The notes beneath the pieces are model-generated. The model was given only the letters and a program-made list of their open reading frames with translations, was not told the DNA's origin and ran no database searches. Positions 1-19,277 of a stretch of DNA of 64,000 nt are shown piece by piece. The position numbers and the translations under genes were made by a program. The number at the start of each line of letters is the position of its first letter. Within the stretch, counting starts at the first letter, position 1. Source of the stretch: the human T2T-CHM13v2.0 reference genome, Homo sapiens; the NCBI RefSeq assembly GCF_009914755.1, contig NC_060935.1; one strand, written 5' to 3'.

Positions 1-192
1 AAAAGGAACTTGTAAAAACTTCTTAGGGTTGTGACATACCTTTCCCCACGTTTCCTTACATCTTGTCCCAGGTATATTTTTGTGGAATTATAGTTCCCAC
101 GACCTTCATAGAATCTATATAAAATATGAGTTAAACTTCACATTTGGTTGTAATTTTACTTGGGATATTATTAGAAGCCACATCTCAGTTCC

Positions 193-490
193 TTTTTTTT
201 TTTTTTTCTTTTTTTGAGACGGGGTCTCGCTCTGTCACCCAGGCTGGAGTGCAGTGCCGCAATGTCAGCTCACAGCAACCTCCACTTCCTGGGCTCAAGC
301 AGTTCTCGTGCCTCAGCCTCCCAAGCAGCTTGCGCCACCCACCCAGCTAATTTTTGTATTTTTTGTAGAGACGTGGGGTTTCACCATGTTGTCCAGGCTG
401 GTCTCAAACTCCTGAGCTCAAGTAATCAATCTGCCCACCTCCACCTTCCAAAGTGCTGGGATTACAGGCCTGAGCCACCACGCCGTGCCC
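193..490 (-). mobile_element. Alu (J/S)
   Basis: Full dimer; TSD CCACATCTCAGTTCC. Confidence 0.93.
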
Positions 491-810
491 CACATCTCAG
501 TTCCTTTTAAAGCATTTGTTCTGTTTCAAATCGGGTTTTTATGTTACAGTGGATTTACACAATTAAAATGATAGCATATCTGGCAAACTTGAACTAATTT
601 TCTCAAGGATCTGGATTAAATGGCAGGATCTGAGAGAAAATCTCCTGTCTATCAGTGCTATCACCAAGAGCTACTGAAGCCAGCTACTCAAAGCTGAGCT
701 TCACTAGTGATGCAGCCATTGGGAAACCTAGCTAAAGACACTTCCTCCTCCTTCAGGGAACCTCTCAGCAACTTGTATTTGGCACTTTTTTCTACTGAAT
801 AAGAGGTAAA

Positions 811-1110
811 GCCTGGCACGGTGGCTCACGCCTGTAATCCCAGCAATTTGGGAGGCCAAGGCAGGCAGGTTACCTGAGGTCAGGAGTTCAGGACCAGCCT
901 GGACAACATGGTGAGACCCCGTATCTACTAAAAATACAAAAATTCGTTGGCTGCGGTGGCAGGCAGCTGTAATTCCAGCAACTGGGGAGGCTGAGGCACG
1001 GAGAATTGCTTGAACCCAGGAGGCGGAGGTTGCAGTGAGCTGAGATCGCGCCACTGCATTCCAGCCTGGGCAACAGAGCGAGACTCTGTCTCAGGGGGAA
1101 AAAAAAAAAA
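811..1110 (+). mobile_element. AluS
   Basis: Full dimer; TSD GAGGTAAA. Confidence 0.93.
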
Positions 1111-2945
1111 GGAAGAGGAGGTAAACACATCTGCAGGCAGAGTTCAGCAGAGGCATCTGCCTCATGGGCTGTAGCCCAGTGGATTCTAAATGATACTAGG
1201 ATCACAACTAGATAAGACTGATCACTTGGATGACCGTGAATTAAGACCTTAGATTTTATAAGAGATACAATGGCTCATATTCAGGGACAGCCAGACTGTT
1301 AGGTAATTTGAAGTCACACCACAAAAACCACATGTGCATCATCTTCCAAAAGGAGGCCATTTGCTGAGGTGTTTTGTCTCTGAGCACTAGTAAGTCTGTT
1401 GAGCCCTGTAAAATAATCCCAAATGGGACTGCCCAGTGAAGAATGTGGACTTGAGATTTAGTTGTTCTTTTACAGTCCAAATCATTGAAAGACAGCATAG
1501 CTTTTCTGTATTCTAGGCCAAAGGAATTTCTGTGGAATTCTGCTATGGGAGTTTCAGAAAACCAGCCTAAGCCCATTTAGTGTCATTCAGAAAACAGCTG
1601 ATGCTTCATTGAGGGGCAGCGGGCGGGGATGGGGGTGACGGGTGCTTAACAGCCAACTCACAGCTCACCTTCGAGGCCACATCTTTATCTGGAATGCAGT
1701 GGCAAACCCTACCCCAAATTCAGGATGTTGCTGAGGAAATTTTCCACTGATTTGAGCTAAAACTTTGACTAAATCCCTATCAGTCTTCCAAAATCACTGA
1801 AGAAAAATTCTCAATACCTGAACATCTCCAGTGTTCTCATAGTTTTGTTGTTCTATCCTGGTCACTATGACAAATTTGAAAGGCAGATTATTCCAATTAA
1901 GTTGGTGTCCCACTGCCATCACTTACTGTGGGATTTGGAGTCTCTCAGACTTTTTCTCCATCAGGGGTAAAGTGAACGTACTACAATTTGCACTATCTCA
2001 AGACACTGATAAAGAAGATCAAAGTGTTATAAAAGCAACTGGTAAACCGTTAACATTCCTTAAAAGTGATACTGTATTTTAAAATCACTATGACCTTTTC
2101 TCAATATCATCTTGTTTAAAGACATAGTATTATTGAATAATTCAAAATAGTCCTTCAAACTTGAGTAGGTCTACCCAGGGCATCTGCATAAGTACATGAG
2201 GCTCTGTCTTGTTCTGTCATTAAGATGCACACCATCTTCAATTTTATAAGTATGCTATTTGTTTTTCAGTATTTTAATATTCTGTAATTACTGAGATGCT
2301 CCCACATATGATCTCCTTGTTTGGTCATACCAAGATCAAATAAGACATAATTATTACAATTCCTAATTGTGTGCCTCAAACCTAGGTTTAAATCCCACAC
2401 TATGGCTGTGAGATGACTAGAAGTTGAGGGGGTAGCCCATAACTGGAAAATGCTTTCTGTATACAAGGCTAACCGTATTCCCTGGGGCTCAAAATTGTCT
2501 TCTCAGTTATGAGCTTCCCTACCTCTGGCCCCACTGCAGGTAGGACTTTGCTCTCCACACAGAGGGAATCCTAGGAAAATTGCCACAACAATAGGACAAT
2601 GCTGTAACAGGTTAGATCTTCCATCCATTTTAAAAAATCATGTACATTTGCTCAACAAACACACTTGGAACATATTCCAACTTGAGTAATAAGTGGCATG
2701 GTAACTTCCTCAGGGAGCTTACCAAGAGTAAAGGTAAGACTGTTAAGTGCTGAAGTTAGTTCACACAATGTAGTGAGAGAGCACAGTCTATGGGAAGATT
2801 ACTTCCTCCTAGGATGATCAGGGAAAGCTTGTACAGGTTCTATTTAAGCTGGGCATTGAGTGGTTATGACTAACCCAACAGAAGTGGTCAGTGGCAGAGA
2901 AAGCACTAGGTAAGGAAAACTAAGAATAGTTGGAGGAATGGGAAG

Positions 2946-3316
2946 TGTATTAGTCCATTCTCACACTGCTATACAGATACTACTTGAGACCGGTAATTTA
3001 CAAGCAAAAGAGATTTAATTGACTCACAGTTCTGCACGGCTGGGGAGGCCTCTGGAATTGGAAACTTACAATCATGGCAGAAGGTGAAGGGGAAGCAAGG
3101 TACATCTTACATGGCAGCAGGAGAGAGACAGAGTGCAGGGGAAACTGCCACTTTTAAATCCATCAGATCTCGTGAGAAATCCCTCACTATCATGAGAACA
3201 GCATGGGGGAAATTGCCCCTATGATTTAAACACCTCCCACCAGGTCCCTCCCTCAACACATAGGGATTACAATTTGAGATGAGATTTGGGTGGGGACACA
3301 GAGCCAAACCATATCA
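2946..3316 (-). mobile_element. MaLR solo LTR, THE1/MST family
   Basis: TG...CA termini, GGGGACACAGAGCCAAACCATATCA end, 5-bp TSD GGAAG/GGGAG. Confidence 0.9.
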
Positions 3317-3364
3317 GGGAGTATTATAGTTTGGCTGAGCTATAAATAAATATATAATGGATTA

Positions 3365-3730
3365 ACTCATTCAGCAAATAATTTGAGTATCTAATATGTG
3401 CCAGGGACTATTCTAGGCCCTGGGAATACAGTAAGCAACAAAATAGACAAAAATTCCTGCCCTTCTGGGGTTTACATTCTTGGCAGACCAGAACCAGGTA
3501 ATGATAATGTCTCAAATGCCCATTATATGCCAGGCACTTTCCCAAGCACTTTCTTATTAACTCATTTAATCCCCACAACAATCCAATAAGGTTGGTAGTA
3601 TCCTAGTTTTGCTGGTTAAAAGATAATACAAATTTTTAAAAAACTTACATAGAGGTCACATATCTGAGTAGAGGATTTGAAGAATCTGGCTCCAGAGTCT
3701 GACCGATTACCACCATGTGCTGCCTATTGC
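3365..3730 (-). mobile_element. L2 3' end plus MIR fragment
   Basis: CATTCAGCAAATAATTTGAG..GTGCCAGG..; TATGCCAGGCACT..CTCATTTAATCC..GGTCACA. Confidence 0.6.
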
Positions 3731-4124
3731 TTGAATTCCAGAGTGAGAAATCTGAATATCCAATGCGAATGAAGGCCTTTGAAGGTCTGTCAAACTAGAG
3801 GACAATAATAGCAAAAATTATTTCAAGTCCAGGCTATTACATCACATTTTGAGGAAATTATGATTGAACTTACCCAAAGGGTAACAAAAATGGGCTGAAC
3901 ACACAAGTAGAGAAAAAACACAGCTGCATATACCTTTCCAGACATTAACAGTGAACTCAGAGTACCTCTGATTTGCTCCCATAATACTGTGGATCTGTTT
4001 TGGTTTTTTCTAACTGGCAAATGGAAGACAGGAGGAGAGGTGATGATTTCAAAGATGACTGAATCCGTTTCCCCAATAGGATAATTCATCTGCCCATGTG
4101 GTAGGTCCTGTAGAATGGAAATAA

Positions 4125-4286
4125 CTTTGTTTTCGTTTTTAAGACAGGCTCTCTTGCTGTTGCCCAGGCTGGAGTGCAGTGGCACGGTCACGGCTCACTG
4201 CAGCCTCAATCTCCCATGCTCAACTGATCCTCCTACGTCAGTCTCCGAGTAGCTGGGACTAAAGGCATGCACCACCACACCTGGCT

Positions 4287-4332
<46 letters not shown>

Positions 4333-4445
4333 GATGGGGTCTCACCACATTGCCCAGGCTGGTCTCAAATTCCTGGGCCCAAGCAATCCACTCACCTTGG
4401 CCTCCCAAAGTGCAGGGATTACAGGCGTGAACCACCACACCTGGC
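4125..4445 (-). mobile_element. AluJ with 41-nt homopolymer linker
   Basis: TSD AGAATGGAAATAA; T41 at 4289-4329. Confidence 0.92.
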
Positions 4446-5810
4446 AGAATGGAAATAATTTTGTGGAATTTATTGTACAGAGATAAAAATTAGGGAAGCT
4501 GCCGTCTGAGCAGATTCCTGACTTGTGAAACTTACCTGAAGAAAAACTATGGAAAATCTAAAATCATGAGGCTATCAAGAGCAGCTACTCAAAAGCCAAA
4601 GATGGCAAGCCCATTTAGGGGTCATTGAATAGGAATGGATCAACTAAAAGGCCTGAACAAAACTGAAGTCAGAAAAGGGAAATGCTTTGGCCAATCTAGA
4701 TTTTCTGTTTAGTCATATCTGTCACTGTTTGCTAGGTGCTTTCAATAAACGTTTGAGCACCCACCACATGCCAAGCATTGGACTAGGCCTGGAAATGCAA
4801 TGCCAGAAAAGTATGATCTTATGGTCTAGTGGGAAAACAGACCTTAAGGAATTAAAAGTATCATGATCATTGGGGGAAAATGCACATTCCAGTGGTCAGA
4901 AAATAGAAGCATAAGTTCACAGAGTCCAAAATGTGTTTTGTGTGGCCATGCCAACAAGGATCAGTAGGAATCCCGTATGTGCTAATGCAAAGATTCACTC
5001 GACCCTTCACTGCCCAGGAGGAGAGGTGGGTTGTTTGCACGGGAGTGATGTGCAGTTGGCGTGCAGACATCAAGAGCCAGTGTGAGCAAGTGACACTTCT
5101 TCAGTCGAACCCTGCTCTGGTGTGGTTGCTATATACCAGTGGCAGCAGAGAGACCAGGCTCACCAGTATAATTCTGCTGTTGAAGAGGGAGGCTGCTATG
5201 TCAAGACATATTGTTCTAGAATATTTCCAAGACCCCCTGCCTGCAGGAGGAGGTGCAATGGGCAGAGGAGCTCAGTGTCATGGAGTGTTGCTGAGTCACT
5301 AGTACCAGCAATGGGAAGTCATTGAAGAGTGTTGAGTAGGGAAATGATGTGGTCACGTGAGTGTGTTCAAAAGATGTTTCTAGCTGCTGTGTGACATGAA
5401 CTAGAGGGAGGGGGTGAGCATGGTGGGGCCAAGTGGAAACTACAGTGGCAGTGCAGGGGTGAGGAGATGGTGGTTGTGGCAGTGGGAGAGAAAAGGCTCA
5501 GGCTTGGAACTGCCTAGGTGTGGGAGAGAAGGACAAGAAGTAGTGTGAAACAACAGAAGAATGGGATCGGGGAAATATCCCAGACAAAAACATGTGGGTG
5601 AAGTGCAGAGCACAAATAAAGGTTGCTGCCTGACCCAAAAAGAGATTGCTGCTCTGTGAATCCTGTGTTACCATAAAGGACAACTGATTTAGATGGTGAA
5701 CTTAATGGGCAACTCTAGAGTGTGTTTGATCTCATTAAACTCTAACACAACACACAGGAAACCCCAAAAATAACAAGACCAGTCCACAACCCCTTTAAAA
5801 TCAAGAGCAA

Positions 5811-6127
5811 GGCCGGGCGCAGTGGCTCGCGCCTGTAATCCTAGCACTTTGGGAGGCTGAGGCAGGTGGATCACAAGGTCAGGAGTTCGAGACCAGCCTG
5901 ACCAACATGGTGAAACCCTGTCTCTACTAAAAATACAAAAATTAGCCAGGAGTGATGTCGTGCACCTGTAATCCCAGCTACTCAGGAGGCTGAGGCACGA
6001 GAATCACTTGAACCCAGGAGGCAGAGCTTGCAGTGAGCCAAGATCATGCCACTGCACTCCAGCCTGGGTGACAGAGTGAGACTCCATCTCAAAAAAATAA
6101 ATAAATAAAATAAATAAATAAATAAAT
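5811..6127 (+). mobile_element. AluS with (AAAT)n tail
   Basis: Full dimer; TSD AAATCAAG. Confidence 0.93.
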
Positions 6128-6420
6128 CAAGCAAAATAGAAGAAACCAAAACATGCAACCATCCCAAATACAAATACAAAACATGGATTTAAATGATTTG
6201 TCACGTCGCTATTTTTAAATGCAGGGCGAATCCCATTAGAACCTTTCTCTCTGTGGATAAAATACAAATCCCTGCCTAATAAGCACAATAAGAGAATGTT
6301 GGCAATTCTGTTATTTCATCTCTAGCACGAATTGACCTCATTTCTCCAACTGGCTTTGTGCTTTGAAAAACTGACCAAAATGCCACGCGTGTGTTTGATT
6401 AGCACTTCACACCTTGTTTA

Positions 6421-6848
<428 letters not shown>

Positions 6849-7253
6849 GAACGTTCAGATGGTCTTTTTTATTTTTGGTGGGGTGTGGGGAGAGATGCCC
6901 CAAAGCCTGAGCTAGACTCCTAGAGCTCTTTAATCCCCAGAACCAGCATCTATGAAAGAGGAGACTTTTTACAGCCCTACCCTCTTTTTCTTTGGCTACT
7001 GTGAAGTGTTTTCCCTCTGAGCTAAGGTATAAATGGCAACTGGTTTCCAAAACCACTTATTCACATAGCTAGTGAACCATTTGGGCTGGTACTGATAGCC
7101 TCCCCTGAACCATCCCAGGCATGGGGAGGGTTACAAGTGCTTCATGATATTTGTAGGTCAAGACCCTTGACACCCTGCCCAGGGCAGCCTGAGCAGGGTA
7201 GTTGGGAGTGACCCCATATGGTCAGGACTCGGGAGCCGGATCCCTCAGGATCA

Positions 7254-7897
<644 letters not shown>

Positions 7898-8297
7898 CTA
7901 ACAAGGGACAGAGTCTTACACTTTTCACTCCCAGTGAATTTCTCCTATAGCTATATTGGTAAAAACCACAGAGTCAAAATTGCTCTCAAACTCCCATGAC
8001 CTTGCCTGTAATACAGTTCGTCCAAAGGTTCACATTCTGAAAGGCACTTAGAGGGCTAATAGCAATGGAAGAACAGCAGGTCCAGATCGCCCATTTCAGG
8101 CTCACTCTGAAACCTGTGCTTATTGAGTGGAAAGGTCAGTGGAATCGCCCAGGCTTTTAAAACATTATTTCTCTCTTGCTCTCTCTCTTATTTCTCTAGA
8201 ATAAATGGTTTAATTTATGTATGTTAAATGGGTGGTGAGGTGCTTGCTATATGTCAGGAACTGGAATGGACAATGGGGAGTTAATACCACTAATAAT

Positions 8298-8640
<343 letters not shown>

Positions 8641-8740
8641 TTAATGTATGTCAGGCACTATTCTAAGAGCTTTGTTAACTCATTTAATACCAATGATGAA
8701 TAAGCATGTTCCTTGCTTTCAAAATGCTCATTGTCAAGGG

Positions 8741-8923
8741 AAGTGGTTCTAAATCCTGGCTGGATATTAGAATCTCTTGGAAAGTTTTTAAACACCTTGA
8801 TGTGTGGGCTCCACCTGCCAGAGATTTGGCTTTAACTGGACAAGGGATCAGGGGAGTCTGAGCATCAGGGTTTTTGCAAAGCTCTCCTCACCACTTTTGT
8901 GTGCAGCCAGGACTGAGAACCAC
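8741..8923. mobile_element. MER5-type hAT-Charlie MITE
   Basis: AGTGGTTCT...GAGAACCAC terminal inverted repeats, about 180 bp. Confidence 0.75.
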
Positions 8924-9525
8924 CAGGCCAGGATAAAGGAGACAGACATGTCGAGCGGCAGTGACACCTGAGGGTACCTCAGTCTGAGTCACCCCTCTGC
9001 GCTAAGGGAGCCCATATATGAGACACCTGACCCAGACCCTGAGGGTCAGGAAGATGCTCAGAGGAAGAAGTGAGGGAGGGTCACTCTAGGCATGATGTAA
9101 GGGAGTCTCTGTTCCTACCATGTTTCTTTGGCTCACATCTACCCACCTGGCCCTGTCCCAGCTGAAACGTTTAGTTTTAAGGACCCTGAGCCAATTAAAG
9201 TCAAACTAGCATTCCTGATGTTAAGAAGTACCCCCGTGAAGCCAGGCATTGGTTTCCACACCCAACAGGAGATGCCTGTTCTCTGACTGGGTTTGAGGTT
9301 CAACCAGAGAGCCTCTGTCCCCCAGGGCAACTGACTCATCAGGGCTGGACATCAGGGAGAAGGGAACTGGCTTGTTTGAAAAACTTCCTCTTCTTGGCAT
9401 AAGCCTCCATAGTTCTGTATAATCCTTAGGTCAAAGGTTGGGGTCTTGGCCACAGGACCCCTGATTAGTATTGCAAGTGCACTACACATCAAATGGATTT
9501 TATGTGCTACTTTAGAGATTGGGAA

Positions 9526-10007
<482 letters not shown>

Positions 10008-10773
10008 AAGATTGGGAACTATTCATAACATTGCTTTTCATGGTTAAATTCATTCAGGTTCCAAACAACCAACTGGCAATAAACTCTTAGAGTATAATCC
10101 AGTGATGGAAAACACAGCTGTATGCTATACATTATAATCCAAGGTAATAATCAGATCTGATCAAGAAAGTGGGTACAAAACACATTTATTTTAAAACCTA
10201 TAATTGACTTAAGTACCTCAATGTGTCATACTACAACATTATTTAACACATGCAATAAAATGGGAGAGGGGGTGCTAGATTAAAAATGTTCTTGAAAACA
10301 TTTTGCAAATGGACTAAAACATTAATTTGTTCAGCTTTCTTTTCCTTAATACATCTAGAATATTTTGAAAGCAAACTACACACAAGTGACAGTGGATGGG
10401 ACCCCTTGGCCTTACTAGAGGCAGTCTGTAGTCCTGGAGGTACAGAATGTAGCATCCACAGACCTCCGAGGCAGGGGTCAGAGCTTAGCAGGCGCATTTG
10501 CTGCAGCACTGCAAGGGAGCTCGAGGTCCCAGTATCTACAGGGGAAAGCAATGGCGCACCCAATTTGAAGTTATCTAACAAGCTTGCCAGTGGGTTCCAC
10601 TTCTGGAACATTATCCTAAGAAAAGAATTCAGGGTGTGTACAAAGATTAAGCAAAATAGCAAAAAAATCTGAGAATAACCTAGATTTCAAAAAAAAAAAA
10701 AAAAGGAAACTGATTGGATTGTTATATCCACAAAATGAAATACTATGCAACTATCAAAAACAACGTTAAGTTC

Positions 10774-11060
<287 letters not shown>

Positions 11061-11077
11061 TTAAAAATGCATATTGA

Positions 11078-11368
11078 GGCTGGGCACAGTGGCTTATGCC
11101 TGTAATACCAGAACTTCGGGAGGCTGAGACAGGCAGATCACTTGAGGTCAGGAGTTCAAGAACAGCCTGGCCAACATGACGAAACTCAATCTCTACTAAA
11201 AATACAAAAATGAGCCAGGCATGGTGGCGCTCACCTGTAATCCCAGCTACTCGGGAGGCTGAGGCCCGAGAATGGCTTGAACCCAGGAGGCAGAGGGCAG
11301 TGAGTTGAGATCATGCCACTGCACTCTAGCCTGGGTGACAGAGAGAGGCCTCATCTCAAAAAAAAAAA
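11078..11368 (+). mobile_element. AluS
   Basis: Dimer, poly(A). Confidence 0.92.
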
Positions 11369-11489
11369 GCAGGTTGATTTGCATGGAAAGATGTTTATAA
11401 TATTGTATACTATTTTATGAAAAGGCAGGGTACAAAATCATGTTCCTAGGGAAAAACCTCATGGATAACACAAAGCAGCAACTCAATAA

Positions 11490-12207
<718 letters not shown>

Positions 12208-12289
12208 TAATCACAGAGGTTATCTCTTACTGGCAGAATTATATGTAGTTCTTATTTTCCTTATCTGGTGTTGGTCATTTTTCTTTCTT

Positions 12290-12705
<416 letters not shown>

Positions 12706-12990
12706 TAGTGGTCCCAAGGTTGCCTCCCTCTTTGAAGAGCCAGCTCAAGGTATAATTCATTTTAGTATCATTTCTGTTTTGTTCTTACACAGATTCAGAA
12801 GATTCGTGTGTATGACATTTAAAATAAACATAAAAAAACTTATCCACATTTTGTCATTTCTCTTCATACTGTTTGTTTTTAACATTTTATTATAAATCCT
12901 CAAAATCCTAATTATCAACATACTTATTACTTATACCAGAATTACAACTTAATAAAACCAGAACAAAACCTACACTATTAAGAAATAGCA

Positions 12991-13605
<615 letters not shown>

Positions 13606-14389
13606 ATAACAACAACCGTGCCACTTGAGGATAGTTATAAACTGGTGAGCCCACCAGCACCCAGAGAACCTTGTAGAGGATGTGCCATGGTGCCCACCTT
13701 GACACAGGCTGAACTCCAAAGTAAAGTGCTTGAGTTCTTCAGGGGTTTCAAGGACAGGAGCTCACTGATTAATTATTGCAATTTTCTAAATAATTAGCTT
13801 AAACAAATGGCTTACATTAGAATTTATATTATTATTTCATTTTATAACTTACTGAAGTTATACTTTTTACCAATTGATACAATAATATTTCAATATTTAG
13901 TCAATCATTCTGGTCTTCTTGGTTAACATATAAGCTGAATATTATAAGCCTAATACACTGCAAGACACATAGAAAGTGCCCCCAAACTGGCTAGTAGATA
14001 AATAACTGTATGGATGAAAATTGGTTTTGGTCCAATATTTTCCTTCCTATCATTTATTAATTTTGACATTGCTTGGTGGTGATCATTAGTGCTAAGCATA
14101 AAATATTTTCAATATTTTATTTTGAAAATTTTCAGCTCTTTGCTTTTTTAGCACATGGTGGGTGTGACTTCTCTGCCTTTCTGGAAGCCATGTGACTTGC
14201 TTTGGCCTGCAGAATGTGAGCAGAAGTGATGTATGTCACTTCTGGTGGAAACTGTACTGTTGGTGCATTGTCAATACCCCCTTGGCCTACCCAGACTTCC
14301 ATTTATATTCTCTTGGCCTGTGGATATTCTCTAGCTTCAGAAGCATGACAGACCTGTGTTTGGGGCTTATCAGAACTTCCAATTGTTAA

Positions 14390-14762
<373 letters not shown>

Positions 14763-14847
14763 ACCTGTGTTGAGTTTTAAAGGATGAGTAAGAGATAGCC
14801 ACTGAAAGAAAAATTGTAAGGGGATTCTAGGCAGAAGGGAAATATAA

Positions 14848-15159
14848 GGCCAGGTGCAGTGGCTCACACCTGTAATCCCAGCACTTTGGGAGGCTGAGGT
14901 GGGAGGATTGCTTGAGCTTAGGAAATTGAGACCAGCCTGGGCAACATGGTGAAACCCTGTCTCTACCAAAAAGTGCAAAAATTAGCCAAGCATTGTATCA
15001 CATGCTTGTGGTCCCAGCTATTCAGGAAGCTGAGGTGAGAGGATCACTTGAGCCAGGGAGGTCGAGGCTGCTGTGAGCCATGATCACGCCACTGCATATT
15101 CCAGCCTGGGCGGCAGACTGAGACCCTGTCTCAAAAAAAAAAAAAAAAAAAAAAAAAAA
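14848..15159 (+). mobile_element. AluJ
   Basis: TSD AGGGAAATATAAG. Confidence 0.92.
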
Positions 15160-15987
15160 GGGAAATATAAGCAAAGACTGAGTACAGTGAAACAGTATGG
15201 TTTTTTTTCTGGGCTGTCCAGCAAGAGGCTGGAAGCAGCAGTGGCTGGAGATAGGCAAAGGCACACAGGTTACAATGTGGAGGATGGCTTGAAGGAAGGA
15301 CAAGTCTGGAAGATTAGTTAAGAGGCTGTTGCATAGGCCAAGAGAGTGATAATAAGGACCTAAGTGGGTCCATGGTAGTAGAGATGGTGAAAGGGCTTGA
15401 ATCTAGAAATAATTAGCAGGTATTCACAAACTTGTAATTGATTGGAAGTGGAAACTAAGGGAGATGAAGTCATCTAGGATGATGCTGGATTTCTAATGGA
15501 TGGTGGTGCCACATAAGGGAGACAGGAGGAGAAACAGATTCAGGGATATGGTAAGTTCAATAGACTTGGTGAGATCTTTAGATCACAGATCTAATCATAT
15601 TACTTTCCTATCTTATACACTTGAGTGGCTTCTCATTACTTTTAAGATTTAGTCCCAAACCCTATATGATTGCAGGGCCTTGTAAAATCTTGTCCTTTCC
15701 AGTTCTCCCCTTCACTTCCTCTTCTCCAGCCATGCTGGCTTCTCTGTTCCTGAAACCTGCAAACTCTTTTCTATCTCACAGCCTTTCCTCATTCTGTTCC
15801 CTCTGCCTGGAGGACAGTTCTCCCAATTCCCCACTCATCCTTCAGGTCTTAGCTCAAATATCATTTCTTTAGGGAAAACTTCGCTGAGCCTCTGGTATAA
15901 ACTAGACCCCTGGCACGTGCTCTCAAAGCCCCTTGTACTCCTCTTTGTTGTACTTTTCATAATCCTAAGTAAAAAATTGATGTATTG

Positions 15988-16283
<296 letters not shown>

Positions 16284-17090
16284 ATATTGATGTATAATTG
16301 TTGATTTAATGTCTGCTTTTCCCTGTAAGGGAAGACACTGTGTCTGTTGTGTTTACTGCTATATCCAGCACCTAGCATAGGACCTTACATGAATGAAGCA
16401 GGCTAAGAAGGAGCAGTCAGGAGGCAGGAAAAGAACCAAGAGAAACTGATGTCAAAGATGTGGACAAAGAAAATAGCAAATCAGGATTTTCAAATAAGGC
16501 AAAAAGGTCCAGCAACATGAAGGCCGAAAACTGTCCATTGCATTTTGCAGCTAGGAAGTCACTGAAAATGTCGTCAAAAGCAGTTTCAGTGTGGGTGGGT
16601 GCCAGATTGCAGTGGGTTGAATAGTGAATGGAAAGCGAGAAATCCGAGGAATAAAACGCAACCACTGTCTGCCTCTGTATACAGGAGGGGGAGGAAATGA
16701 TTTTTACTTTTGTACCCTGACTCAGCTGTTGTTTTCCCCTTCCAACCTTCTTACTTCTCTACTAAATGCCACTGAATTGTTTACTTCTGACTCCTGACCA
16801 TCATCCGGGGATGTCAGGACTAAGATGAGCTGTTAAGTGGAAGTTGTCCAGGGAGTTCTTGGTGGCTCCTGCTAACTTCAAAAAGGTCTTTCCTAATTTC
16901 CAAAGAAATAGAGATTTAAAATATAAATGTTATTTTTATTCATTTATGCAAAAACAATGTATATTGCCTCCTTTTTTGGTCATTTTCTTTGAATTCAAGC
17001 AAGATCAACAAATGTTATGCAGTCCCAATCTGCCTGGTACCCAGCTACCCTGGAATGAAAAAGAAATAGTTTGCAGTTTTCAAGGGGGCC

Positions 17091-17450
17091 TGTCTTAGTC
17101 CATTTTGCGTTGCTATAACAGAATACCACAGACTGGGTAATTTATAAAGAAATTTATTTCTCTCATTTCTGGAAGCTGTGAAATCCAAGATTAAGGTGTC
17201 AACCTCTTCTGAGGGCCTTCTCTGTGTGATCTCATGGTGGAAGGTGGAAGGGCAAGAGAGCTGAGAGACAGAGCCAAGGGGTTGGAACACACCCTTTAAT
17301 CAGGAACTCGCTCCAGAGACAACTAATTGATTTATGAGTGCAGGGCCCTCTGACATAATCACCTCTTAAAGGGCCCACCTCTCAACATTGTTGCATTGGA
17401 GATTAAGTTTCCAACACGTGAACTCTGGGGGACACATTAAAACCATAGCA
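17091..17450 (-). mobile_element. MaLR solo LTR, MST/MLT1A-type
   Basis: TGTCTTAGTCCATTTT...AAACCATAGCA; perfect 5-bp TSD GGGCC. Confidence 0.9.
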
Positions 17451-17904
17451 GGGCCAATAAATAGCACATCTCTTCCCCAATTGTTTTTTGAAAATTAAAA
17501 AAAAAAAAGAGAGAGAGAGAGAAATAAAACAAGGAAGTTGTATGGAAGCCAAAACATCCCCTTGTTTCTGCTAAAGGCTAAGTTGGATGTTGTAGCTTTG
17601 AGAGAGAGACAAACAGGCCTTACACTGGAGGCCTAGAATTAAGCAGACTTCCACACCCAGCTGCAGGCAGCTCTGGATCAGGGCACGTTTCCTGATGGGT
17701 GGGCCCTCTCAAGGTAAGACTCAGACATGCAAGTAAAGATAAAAAGTACTCCTGGGGTTGCAGCTCTCACTCAAGAGGAAGGAGAAAGCCATGAGCCTAG
17801 CTTATGCTTCCCTGATAGGTAGATAAGATAAATTCCACCACCTCCTGGAAATCAGGATTGAGGGAGAAAGTGTTTCTGCCTAACTTTTCCCAAATTTTTC
17901 AGAT

Positions 17905-18378
<474 letters not shown>

Positions 18379-18965
18379 TAAAAAAAGGGCCCAAATGAGT
18401 CCAAGTCCACTGTGTTCCTAAGGCTACAAGTTCAGTCCCTAGTCCAAGACACCCAGCTATGTTGTCAAACATAGCATACTGGAAGTTCCACAATGACAGT
18501 AAATCTTGAAAAGAAGGTCCTCTGATAGTACTGTGCATAGATATACTCCAAAAATAAAAGGCCCAAAATATTTTTTAAAATGTCCCAAATGTGAATATAA
18601 GCCCCCTCCCAATACGAAATTCCCAGGGAAAACTTAAAGTCCAAAAACCTAAGTCCCTTTGCATGTTAAAGTTCAACGGCATTAAAATCCAAATAAATTT
18701 TCAGGCCTGAAACAAATTGCGCTTTAAATGTTCAATTGTTCATTCTGCTCAACCTCAGTTACACGCTTCTCAAGTCTGGGTGAGATTTGAAGCTTTTTTC
18801 AACAGGGAAAGCCTGAAGTTTCTCTTACTGTAAAGTATATCATTCCTTCATGGCCTCAGAAGCTGCATTAATTCAGTGCCAAGTCTTTCATGAACCTTCC
18901 TTTTCAAAGAGCCTGAGTTACCATATACACAAGGCAATCAGAACACTGGTGCTGGATCCCCCCAA

Positions 18966-19277
18966 TTTTTTTTTTTTTTTTTTGAGGCAGTCTTGCTCTG
19001 TCGCCCAGGCTGGAGTGTAGTGGCATGATCTCGGCTCACTGCAAATCCCACATTCAAGCGATTCTCCCACGTTCAAGCGGTTCTCTCGCCTCTGCCTCCC
19101 AAGTAGCTGGGACTACAGGTGCATGCCACCATGTCCGGCTAATTTTTATATTTTTAGTAGAGATGCGGTTTTGCCATGTTGGCCAGGCTGGTCTCAAACT
19201 CCTGATCTCAAGACATATCTGCCCGCCTCGGCCTCCCAAAGCGTTAGTATTACAGTCATGAGCCACCGCGCCTGGCC
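18966..19277 (-). mobile_element. AluS with short internal duplication
   Basis: TTCAAGCG(A/G)TTCTC repeated at about 19052-19085. Confidence 0.9.
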
